Source of the DNA: Octopus vulgaris
Lineage: Eukaryota
DNA length: 64,000 nt
Direction: 5' to 3'
Assembly (NCBI GenBank): GCA_951406725.2
Contig: OX597814.1
Location: 5,146,001 to 5,210,000 of the forward strand
Made by a program: the position numbers and the translations under genes. Under the pieces are notes generated by a model. It was given only the letters and a program-made list of their open reading frames with translations, was not told where the DNA came from and made no database searches. Shown here in pieces: positions 25,701 through 38,097 of the stretch. The stretch's first letter is position 1; each line of letters opens with the position of its first letter.

Positions 25701-28700
25701 CAGTCTGACTTGGTAATATACAAAGCACACTTTGATACTAAAAGATAAAAAATAAGGATCTGATTCAATTCAAACTGTAATTAGCATCAATTAATTATTG
25801 ACTTACATTTTGTGGTTTCTCAAAATTTCTCTGGAATATCTTGACTTTGTCTTTTTCCCGGCGCAGTTCAATCTCCAGGTCACTCTTTTGCAACTGCAAT
25901 GTCTTCAGATCACTTTCAAGACGTTCCTGAAAATACGAGCAGCATTAGGAGTGAAAAACATAATGGAAGTTTCCAAATAAATGAAGAGGAGGGTAAGGTT
26001 TAGTAGCGCCAGCCCCTGTCAAACCATCTAACCCCCACGTCAGCAATGGGGAGGAGGATTAAAGTGTTGCCATGTTTTGCCATGTCAACATCACTCATCT
26101 GCCAAGACCATGATCTCTCCACTCCCTACCTTGTATTTGTTGTTATTTGGAATGGGTGGGTGGGGGTGTCATTGCAGCTCCTTCAATGTCCCCCCCACCT
26201 TCTTTTTTAATGGCTTATGACCCTTCCGTTAACAGTCCCGGACTGGTGCAGTTTACTGAACCCGCTGTTCCTTTTAATGTGAAACATTGAGTATTCCATA
26301 GAATGCTGTACTATTCTAGGTAACCCCCAGCCATCCCTATATCCAGCAGTTTATATCTAACTTCCCTACATTCGGTTTTCATAGACCGACATGTCCCAAA
26401 CACTTCCACTTTCAAAAGGTCATCAATTCGCTTCCGTTGTTGTATTTACCTTGGCATGTTCTGCTGATAAAAGCTTCTCCTTGGTCTCTTCCTGTAAATT
26501 GTCTCTTTTATATTTGTTTTCTTGGAGAAGATGTTTCTGCTCAGCCAACACAGCTTTCATCTCTTCTTCCTGGCAGAAACAGAAATATATCAGAAACCAT
26601 TTAATAATCATCATCATCATCATCATTGTTTAACGTCCGCTTTCCATGCTGGCATGGGTTGGACAGTCTGACTGAGGACGGCAAGCCAAAAGGCTGAACC
26701 AGGCTCCTATCTGATCTGGCAAGGTCTCTACAGCTGGATGCCCTTCCTAATGCCAACCACTCCGAGAGTATAGAGGGTGCTTTTTTAGGTGCCACTGGTA
26801 TGGGAGAGGAAAGGGAACAAATGAGAGAGTGGTTGCAGGAGGAGTTGTACAAATGGCGCTCCATCGGTTATAATGACAAGAGTTCCAGTTGATCCAATCA
26901 ACGGAACAGCCTGCTCGTGAAATTAACATGCAAGTGGCTGAGTACCTCACAGACACACATACCCTTGACATGGTACTTAGGAAGATTCAGCATGACACAG
27001 AATATGACAAGGCTGGCTCTTTTCAATTACATCTGTCCAACATCCACCCTTCAACCCTCCCCGATCCTTACAGATATTACCTACCTGTTTTTTCCTATTA
27101 CCCTGCCTCTTGCCCCCAAATCATTTCTACTCCCTTCGTACCTTTAGGGACCACCTAGACATCTCATTCCCACCACTTATCTTTGCACAGCAACTACAGA
27201 CTCTTTCTCAATCCCTCCTAAATGTGTGTAACCTTATAACAACTCTTCTACAACAAGAACCTGTTCTGCCCCCATTTCCATCTCTCACCCCACAGCATAG
27301 ACTGGTAGTTAGCGACTTCAGGATCAGGGCTAAATGGATGCCCAGAAGAAGACCAGCATGGAGGAGAAGGGTCTGGAAGCTTAAAGATCCTACCAAATGG
27401 ACAGAGATTTAGGGACATATTACTTGAAGCCTTTGACGAAATAGAAGGGGATATAGCTTCACACGATGTAGAAGACAACTGGAGGTTTCTACGGGACAAA
27501 CTGCTGACAGCCACTGACCAGATCTGTGGATGGTGCAAAGCCCCCTCTTGACCCAAAATAATGTTGTGGTGGAACAATGTTGTTGACAAGGCTATTAGAG
27601 AAAAGAAACAGGCTTGGAAGGACTGGAAGAATGGTGGTAGCAGGGAAGTGTATCAGACTGCCAGAAGGAAAGCTAGCAGGCAGGTTTATTTAGCCAGAGG
27701 GGAAGCAGATAAGAAAAAATTTGCCAGTGTTCTGTGTTGTGAGTACCAAAGACTTGAAGTATTTCGTGTTGCAAGACAGTGTGTGAGAGAGAATTGTGAT
27801 GTTGTAGGAGAGAAATGTGTTCGCATGGATGAATGTTCACTTGTGCACTAGATGAGGATGCAAAGAGAGAGGTTTGGAGACACCACTATGAAAGGTTGCT
27901 GAATAAAGAAAATGAATGGGATAAAGGAGTCTGCCGAATGTCAACCCAACAGAGGGACCAGCCATCCGAGTTGACAATTCTTTGGTAGTTAAAGCAATTA
28001 GAAGCATGAAGACAGGGAAAGCCCCAGGCCCATCAGGAATCATTGCAGAGATGCTCAAAATATCTGGCAGAGTCAGCTATAGCCTAGTCACCCGTATAGT
28101 TAACCAGGTGATACACGAAGGAGTCATACCCAATGACTGGTGTAGCAGCACCATAGTCAGCTGCTACAAAGGTAAAGGTGATGCTTTAGATATAAATAAT
28201 TACAGAGGTATCAAGCTGTTGGATCAGGTAATGAAGGTCACGGAAAGGGTCAAAGCCCAACTAATTAGGGAGAGAGTCAGTTTTGATGAGATGCAGTTTG
28301 GTTTCGTGCCAGGGAAAAGTACCACTGATGCTATATTTCTGGTTAGACAGCTGCAGGAGAAATACCGAGCCAAAGATAAGCCCCTGTACCTGGCTTTCGT
28401 TGACATGGAGAAAGCCTTTGACAGGGTCCCCTGATCCCTTATCTGGTGATCAATGAGGAAACTAGGGATAGATGAATGGTTAATGAGAGATTTGCAAACC
28501 ATGTTCAGGGACACTGTCAGAAAGGTAAGGATTGGTAACAAGTACAGTGAAGAATTCCAGGTAGAGGTAGGGGTCCACCAAGGTTCAGTCCTCAGCCCCC
28601 TTCTATTTATCATAGTCCTCCAGGCAATAACAGAGGAATTCAAGATAGGATGCCCCTGAGAGCTCCTCTATGCTGATGACCTTGCTCTAATTGCTGAGTC

Positions 28701-31700
28701 ACTATCAGAACTAGAGGAGAAGTTTCAGGTGCGGAAGCAAAGATTAGAATCGAAGGGCCTTAGAGTCAACCTAGCTAAAACCAAAGTCTTAAAAAGTAGG
28801 AAGGCAGACAAACTACAAATGCCTTCAGGTATTTGGCCCTGCTCGATCTGTAGAAAAGGTGTAGGTAGAAACTCTATAAGATGTACCCAGTGTAAGCTAT
28901 GGACACATAAGAGGTGCAGCAATGTCAAAGGAAGGCTAACTGGGAAGATAGTTTTTGTATGTGGCAGATGCTCAGGAGCAATAAACACTGAAAATGCGCA
29001 GAGACCAACTTCCGCCTCGTTCCAGGCGTTGCAAGTAGTTGACAGCTTCCGTTACCTAGGTGACCAAGTCAGTAGCAGGAGTGGGTGCTATGAAAGTGTA
29101 GCTGCTAGAATAAGAATAGCCTGGGCAAAGTTCAGAGATCTCCTACCTCTGCTGGTGACAAAGGGTCTCTCGCTCAGAGTAAGAGGTAGACTGTATGACA
29201 CATGTGTATGAACAGCCATGCTACATGGCAGTGAAACATAGGCTGTGACTGCTGAGGACATGTGTAGGCTGCAAGGAATGAAACCTTGTCAGTGTGCATA
29301 TATGACAGAGTGTAAGTGCCTTGAGAGAAAAGTTGGACCTAAGAAGCATCAGATGTGAAGTGCAAGAGAGACGTTTGCGCTGGTATGGTCATGTGGCGAG
29401 AATGGATGAGGATAGCTGAGTGGAAAAGTAGACTCAGGAAGACCTGGGATGAGATGGTGAAGCATGACCTTCAAACATTAGATCTCACAGAGGCAATGAC
29501 AAGTGACCGGGACCTCTGGAAATATGCTGTGCTTGAGAAGACTTGGCAAGCGTAAGTGAGACCATAACCTGTGGCCTATGCCAGTTGTGTAACCAGCCCA
29601 CTAATGCGTACCTTTCTTTCATTGGACTCTAAACTCTGATTGCAAAGACCTGTTGAGGTAAATGAAATCGAAATCAAATTCAGTGACGTGGCTGATGACA
29701 GCACTGTATGACTGGCATTTGTGCTAGTGGAACACTAAGAGCACCATCTGATGTGATTGTTGCCAGGGCCACTGACTGGCTTCTGAGCCGGCGGCACGTA
29801 AAAGCATGAATGTTACCAGTGTCACCTTACTGGCACTTGTGCCGGTGGCACATGAAAAACAACATTCGAGAGAAGTCATTGCTAGTGCTGCTGGACTGGC
29901 TCCTGTGCAGGTGGCACTTAAAAAACACCATTTGAGTGTGACCATTGCCAGTACTACCTGACTGGCCCTCGTGCTGGCACGTAAAAAACTTCCACTACAC
30001 TCGCGGAGTGGTTGGTGTTAGGAAGGGCAGCCAGCTGTAGAAACACTGCCAGATCAGATTGGAGCCTGGTGCAGCCATCTGGTTTGCCAGTCCTCAGTCA
30101 AACTATTCAACCCATGCCAGCATGGAAAATGGACGTTAAATAATGATGATGATATTTTAAACCTCTTCTGCTAGCATAAAGCTGTCCCCTCGGTTTTCAT
30201 AGTCTTGTAAACAGCATGGCAACCTCATTGATGCTTGTGCCACATAAAAAGCACCCAGAACACAATGTGAAGAGTGGATGGCACTAACAAGAGCATCCTA
30301 GCTGTAGAAACCCTGTCAAAACAGACAGAGGAGCATAATGCAGTCCTCAGACCTGTTGGATCCAGTCAAAGCATCCGATCCATGCCAGCATGTAAAGTGG
30401 ATGCTAAATGAGGAGGATGAGGATGATGATCTTTAGGAAACAACTGATTTTCTGGGGATGGGGCGGTACAATAGAAAAAACAATAACAAAGTGAAACACA
30501 GGCCCCTAGCTGTCTTTCCAGGGTCACAATATTCTGACGTTTTTCTTAACTGCTTTTGTTTCTGTTTCATCATCATCATCGTTTAACGTCCGTTTTCCAT
30601 ACTAGCACAGTTCGGATGGTTCGACCGGGAGTCTGGGAAGCCAGAAGGCTGCACCAGGCTCCAGTCTGATCTGTCAGTGTTTCTACAGCTGGATGCACTT
30701 CCTAATGCCAACCACTCTAACAGTGTAGTGGGTGCTTTTTACATGCCACCGGCACAGGTATCACAAATTGCAACTAAACATTTGCAGGGGGAGAGAGAGG
30801 TGTGTGTGTGTGCACGCATGCATATGCACTATATGAATATATAACAAGCACACGCCCCTGTGGATACGATGCCTGATTATAAGTTTCCTTCAACCATAGC
30901 ACAGCACACACAGCATATGTTCTATGCAGACCATCTTATTGACCATCCCACAGCACTGGTACCACCTCACACTGCAGGTTCTCCGAGACTCACAAATACA
31001 AGAAGCAGTCATAAAACACTTCGTTTATAAGAGTCACATGAAAAACAATATCGCAATCTACACCTGGTGGAATTACAGGGAATCACTATTTCAGGGGAGA
31101 AAATCACTTCTAAGTTCATATTTCTTATGTTGAGAAATCATTAAGAAAGACTGGAAAGAGCATTCATATCATCATCATCATCATCGTTTAATGTCCGTTC
31201 TCCATGGGTTGGACGGTTCGACCGGGGATCTGGGAAGCCAGAAGGCTGCACCAGGTTCCGGTCTTATCTGGCAATGTTTCTACAGCTGGATGCCCTTCCT
31301 AACGCCAACCACTACGTGAGTGTAGTGGGTGCTTTTTACGTGCCACCTGCACTGGTGCCAGACGAGGCTGGCATCAGCCACGGTCGGATTTGTGCATTTT
31401 ATGGAAGCCAGTCGAGGTGGCACTGACTTCGGCTACGATTCGGATGGTGCTTTTTACATGCCACCGACTCGGTAGCCAGTCGAGGCGGCGCTGGCATCGG
31501 CCATATATTTCCATATAATTATTTTATTAGAGCCTCTGGTAGTTGTGGATTGTACCATTTTGTCCTCTTTCTGAACTCTTCAGCATGATATAACTCGAGA
31601 TTTTAAAATTAGTTAATCTAAATTCATTTCAAAGTTAAAAATGGTCTATTTGGCTCCCACCCCCCACTTCTAACAGTCGAGAAAAGAAGGGAAGAGAGAT

Positions 31701-34700
31701 AGAAATAGAGGGAGAAATTCATTAACAATAACTTCATTGTAGCATAAACATTACAACAACAAGAACAGCAACAAATTAGAAAAAAGAAATTACCTTGTTT
31801 TGTAATTTTGAAATTTGTTTTTTAGCTGAAGATAAACAATCTTGAAGTTCCTAATTAAAAAGAAAATTAAAACAAAGATAATTATCATTATCATCATCAG
31901 TTTTAATTGTATGCTAATCTGATTTACTTTACAATACAGGAAGCTGGGAGAGTAAGTCATCCTTTCCATCTGTAGATTGGACGGCATTTTGGGCAATAGC
32001 TGGGCAACCCCTTAGCCTCCTGTACCCGGGATACAGGGAGGACATTGGATAACCAAGAAGGCAGAGGAGTCGTAGATCAATGGCCAAGTGGAAGATCTGT
32101 GCCAATGAGACAACTGTTGAGTGTCAACTAGGCAAATGAGGTGCTACTGGTGGGGACAGCCCTATCACTGACCTTCCTTGTTGTACTTTTGTACACCGCT
32201 TGGTCCTTGGAGTAGAGGCCCAGAGAGGTAGTCTGGTGGTGGGGGGATAACTACCTTACACACCATCCACAGGTGTTTTGACCAGAAAACGTCTGAACAG
32301 AATAATCAACATCAACTGATAATGGTCAGCCATTGATAGCAACAGTAGTTTTACACATATTTCAGTGTTATCTCTCTCTGTCCTTCTCCCCTGGGGGTAG
32401 CATGTTTACAGAAGCTCCCTCACTATTTCTGTCTCTGTTCAGCTATTGTATCATGGCCACCTCTATTTCTTCCACCTTCCCAATATTTCCCATAAACCAC
32501 ACCCCCCCCCTTGTTCATCACTCACTACATTCACTTCTACCCTGCTTCCCCATCACTCCTTTCACACTCTTACCAACTCACCCACCATCCACCCCAACCT
32601 CCTCATCTTCTATCTCTTCTACTCACCTTCTCGACCCAAAAGAATACACTCTGACACTTTTGCTACAACCATCTTTGTCTTCTTTCCAACTATTACCACC
32701 CACCCTTATATAACATTGGGTAGCTGTGTACCTCCTCTCGAGTGCTTAAACCCTCTACCATACTCTAACCCCTCAACACCTGCCATAAAGGCATCTTGCC
32801 CTCTACTACAACCTCCAATCAGTTGAGGGTTTTTTTTACCTTGTCTGGTGAATTACTTGGTAACCTCACCAATGCCAGCGCCTTGCGAAAAGGCACACAA
32901 CACTTTCCCTAAAGAGACTGGTGTTAGGAAGTTGCACCCAGCCATAGAAACCCTGACCGAAACGGGAAATGATGAGGGCCACCAGCTGGTGCAGCTCCTG
33001 TCAAACCACCCAACTCATATCAGCATGGAAGATGGACGTTCAATGAGATGATAATGATGGATTAATGCATGCATAGGCATGCCTGCATGGGTCAGATGGA
33101 CTTTACTGAGGCAGCCCTTCCTGCTGCTAACACTCACGTCTTTCAAAGCAAGGGTAATATTTTCCCAGACCTGGACAGACATCTTCTTTCAGAAGATTGG
33201 AAACAAAGGGACATGGTTTGTATGATAGTGACACTCCTTTGCCACTGTTATAAGGACTCAGAAATTAATAACACTATGTGGAGACAGGGTCACAGCTAAT
33301 GAATATTCGTTATGTGGAGACAGGGTCACAGCTAATGAATATTCGTTATGTGGAGACAGGGTCACAGTTAATGAATATTCATTATGTGGAGACAGGGTCA
33401 CAGCTAATGAATATTCATTATGTGGAGACAGGGTCACAGCTAATGAATATTCATGGTGAAACAAAAGAAACTTATTTCTTACTCTGTTTGTTGATTGTTC
33501 TTTCTCCAATTCCATTCTTAACTGGCTTATCAGTCTATCTTGGTCATTGATTTTAAGTTGATGTAACCTGCAGACACGGAAAAAATACATAGAGATGTGT
33601 AACTTACAGTATACTGTCAAGTTCGCACAGACAAATATATATCATCATCATTATCATTTAGCGTCCGCTTTCCATGCTGGCATGGGTTGGACGGTTCAAC
33701 TGGGGTCTGGGAAGCCAGAAGGCTGCATCAGGCCCAGTCTGATCTGGCAGTGTTTCTACGGCTGGATGCCCTTCCTAATGCCAACCACTCCGTGAGTGTA
33801 GTGGGTGCTTTTTACGTGCCACCCGCACAGGTGCCAGACGGAGCTGGCAGATGGCCACGGACGGATGGTGCTTTTTACGTGCCACCGGCACGGGGACCGG
33901 GCGAGGCTGGCAACGGCCACGATCGGATGGTGCTTTTTACGTGCCACCGGCATGGGGGCCAGGCGGGGCTGGCAACAGCCACGATCGGATGGTGCTTTTT
34001 ACGTGCCACCGGCATGGGGGCCAGGCGGGGCTGGCAACAGCCACGATCGGATGGTGCTTTTTACGTGTCACCGGCACGGAGGCCAGACGGGGCGGTGCTG
34101 GCAACGGCCATGATCGGATGGTTTGCTTACTTGTCACCGGCACTGGTATCACAGCTGCAATTTCCATTGATGTTGATCGGCTTCGATTTTGGTTTTGCTT
34201 TCTGATATCTGATTTGATTTGGTTTGATTTTGATTTTTGATTTTCACTTGCCTCAACGGGTCTTCACAAGTGGAGTTTTGTGTCCCAAGAAGGAAAGGTA
34301 TGTATAAGTCGACTGGCTACATACGAGGTAGAGGCTACGGGTTATGGTCTCACTAGTCTTGCCGGGTCTTCTCACGCACAGCATACTTCCATAGGTCTCG
34401 GTCTCAAGTAATTTTCTTAGTGAGACCTAAAGTTCGAAGTATATATGTATGTGTGTGTATATATATATACATATATCACTGTGATCACTGTGACCGACCA
34501 GGCTATCAGATGCTGCTACACATCGCTGGTCACAATGCACTTTGCATTGGTTTTAGCCTTCAAATGACGCCACCCCGCTGGCTAAGCGAGCAGGCTATAT
34601 ACATATATATATATACACATATATACATACATATATATAAAGTACATACACACATATATATATAATCTATACAAAGAATAAACTCCATAAAGGAACACAT

Positions 34701-35330
34701 TGTGACAACCAGTGTTAGATGAGATTATTTGATAGTCTGGACCACACCCACATATTAGTCTCAGATTTTGGCACATGGGTAGCAGGTTCAGGGAAGGGAG
34801 CAAGTTAGTTACATTGACCCCAGTGCACAACTGGTACATATTTTATTGACCCTGAATGGATGAAAGGCAAAGTCACCCTCAGCAGAATTTGAACTCAGAA
34901 TGAAAAGACAGATGAAATGCTGCTAAGCGTTTTGCCAGGTGTGCTAACGATTCTGCCAGCTCGTTAACTTAGATACACACACATAATGAATGATGATTGC
35001 AGAACTTTTAATGAAGCTCAAAGCAAGAAAAGGCAAAGTGGTTCCCTGTTGGATTTGAACTCAGAACCCAACGGTACATAAGTAAATAGTGCAAGATATT
35101 GAGACCAGTCTTGTGATTCTAACACTTCCCAGAATCCTTGCAATTGAGAAAAGAGACATTAGGCGCATGAATGGCAATGGGGTAAGTAGCTTGCTTACCA
35201 ACCACATGGTTCCGGGTTCAGTTCCACTGCATGGCACCTGGGGCAGGTGTTTTCTTCTATAGCCTTGGGCTGATCAAAGCCTTCTGAGTGGATTTGGTAG
35301 ATGGAAACTGAAAGAAGCTCATCGTATATG

Positions 35331-35376
<46 letters not shown>

Positions 35377-38057
35377 TGTCCACCATTGCTTGACAACCGA
35401 TGTCAGTGTGTTTACGTCCCCGTAATTTAGCGGTTCGGCAAAAGAGACCGTTAGAATAAGTACTAGGCTTACAAAGAATACGACCTGGGGTCGATTTGTT
35501 CGACTAAAGGCGGTGCTCCAGTATGGCCGCAGTCAAATGATTGAAACAAGTGAAAGAATAATAAAAGAACGACACCTGTCCATATTCTTCAGCCTCTCCT
35601 GGTAAGTGGCCAAATCCTGTTTCATGCCGTCCCGTTCCCCTTGCACTTGAACCAAGTCCTGCTCACGTTTATCCCGTTCTTCCTGCAGTCTTTTAAGATT
35701 ATCATTCATCTGCCGTTTTTCTAAGCTGGAAGTATTTTCTTTCAACTCCATCTGATGCTGGATGTCTTTTGTCAGCATCTCTGCAGTTTTCTACAATGAC
35801 AGGAAAATAAACAGGTGAAACTGAAAACCCCTCAAGTGTTCTCTTAATATTATCAAAACAAAGGCAGAGGAGAAAGCGAGGTCTTTAATGCTGCCACATA
35901 TATAACATATGGTGAAATAATATCAGCAAATTAATATCAGAAAAATTCTTCAGAAAGGTAGATACGGGTGTAGAATAATTATTGTATTATAAATATAAAT
36001 ATCTATAAAAATATATGTAAATATGTATAAGTATAAATATATAATAATAATAATAATAACGATCTTAAACTGCTCTATTATTGCCTGGAGGAGGGGCCTG
36101 AGATCCGACCCTACTTGTTCCCTGAGTTCTTCACTGTTTTCATTGCCAACCTTCACCTTACTGACAGCATCCCTATACATGCCTTGCACAGCTCTCACTA
36201 ACAATTCATCTATCCCTAGTTTCCACACTGACCACCAAATAATGGATCGAGAACCCTGTCAAAGGTTTTCTTCATGTCAATAAAAGCCAGGCACAGAGGT
36301 TTATCTTTGGCCAGGTATTTCTCCTGCAGCTGTCTTACCAGAAATATAGCATCAGTGGTGCTTCTACTTGGCACAAACCCAAACTGCATCTCATCTTATG
36401 ATCGTTTCACAAAAGTATTGTTTCTATAAAGGAATCCTAGGTTGATAAACATTTATAGATATAAAATATGAAGTTTGTGTTATTTATCAAATGGGATTTT
36501 TTGGAAAATATGAAGTAATATGGGAAAATGGTGTTTGTTTGAAATATAAAAAAAGTTACAGTTTTTGATTTTGGTAAGTACACTTTAGTATGAGAATCTT
36601 GAAATCCGTCTATGCTGCCTTGGTAAGTCTTCTGCAGTAATCAATAATGAATTTGTATAATATCCAGTATATTGTCAGGAAATTGTAGACATTCCAGTCT
36701 TTGAGAGTTATTTTTTGGTTGACCTGCTGGGTTGTATTAGTGTTTCTGTGTCTTCAGCTGCTGACAGGTCAGAGCAGAGAAGAACATGTCCAGCCTCTGT
36801 CACGTCAACAACATTCACAATGTAACCAACACAGATGTAATACATTGGACATCAACACAACTGGCAACTGCATCGGTCATGAGGAGGATTTCAGTTCATT
36901 TCATTAATGGAGCAGCCGGCTCCTTAAATTAACAAGTGGCTGAGTACTCCACAGAGATGTCTACTCATAACATCATTCTCTGGGAGATTCAGCATGACAC
37001 AGAGAATGTGACGAGGCTGGCTCCTTGTGAATTACAGGTACAACTCCTTTTTGCCAACTGAGTGGACTGGAGCAACGTGGAATAAAGTGTCTTGCTCAAG
37101 GAAGCATCCACCAACCATGTATCAGCCTCACAATCTCACAATTGTAGAGTTGGCTACCCTAACCACTAAGCCATGTGCCTTCACAGGTGTCAGTGAAGGA
37201 GCTCAGGTGTCACACCTGGTCAGAATCTCCGATAGGTATCACCGCTGAGGGAAGAGTGGTCGACAGACCAACAATAGTTAACTCTTTGGCAATGAGGGTA
37301 CACTAGTGGTATTATTTTCTGAAGACACAGAAACACTAATACAACCCAGCAGGACAACCAAAAAATAACTCTCAAAGACTGGAATGTCTACAATTTCCTG
37401 ACAATATACTGGATCATCATCATCATCGTTTAACGTCCGCTTTTCATGCTAGCATGGGTTGGACGGTTCAACTGGAGTCTGGGAAGCCCGAAGGCTGCAC
37501 CAGGCCAGTCAGATCTGGCGGTGTTTCTACAGCTGGATGCCCTTCCTAACGCCAACCACTCCGTGAGTGTAGTGGGTGCTTTTTATGTGCCACCGACATA
37601 GGTGCCAGACGAGGCTGGCAAACAGCCATGCTCGGATGGTGTTTTTTATGTGTCACCGGCACGGAGGCCAGGCGAGGCTGGCACAACCATGATCGGATGG
37701 TGTTTGTTACATGCCAGCAGCACAGAGGCCAGTTGATGCGGTGCTGGCTAAGGCCTGCAGAAGACTTACCAAGGCAGCATAGACGGATTTCAAGATTCTC
37801 ATACTAAAGTGTACTTACCAAAATCAAAAACAGTAACTTTTTTATATTTCAAACAAACACCATTTTCCCATATTACTTCATATTTTCCAAAAAATCCCAT
37901 TTGATAAATAACACAAACTTCATATTTTATATCTATAAATGTTTATCAACCTAGGATTCCATTATAGAAACAATACTTTTGCGAAACGATCAGAAGATGC
38001 TTTTAAAACTTAATTCTAAACTATTAAATTTTAAAATGTCATATTTATTATTATTGA

Positions 38058-38097
<40 letters not shown>

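Noticed and set aside
31935-32340. GC-richer block, possibly a LINE 5' UTR with an HDV-like ribozyme (similar block at 7950-8310)
   Set aside because: Could not draw the nested pseudoknot or link it to an ORF by eye
37760-37950. Extra gene exons in the inverted-repeat arm (two GTAAGT donors on the minus strand)
   Set aside because: The phase-0 frame from the nearest acceptor hits a stop, and exons H and I already join in phase
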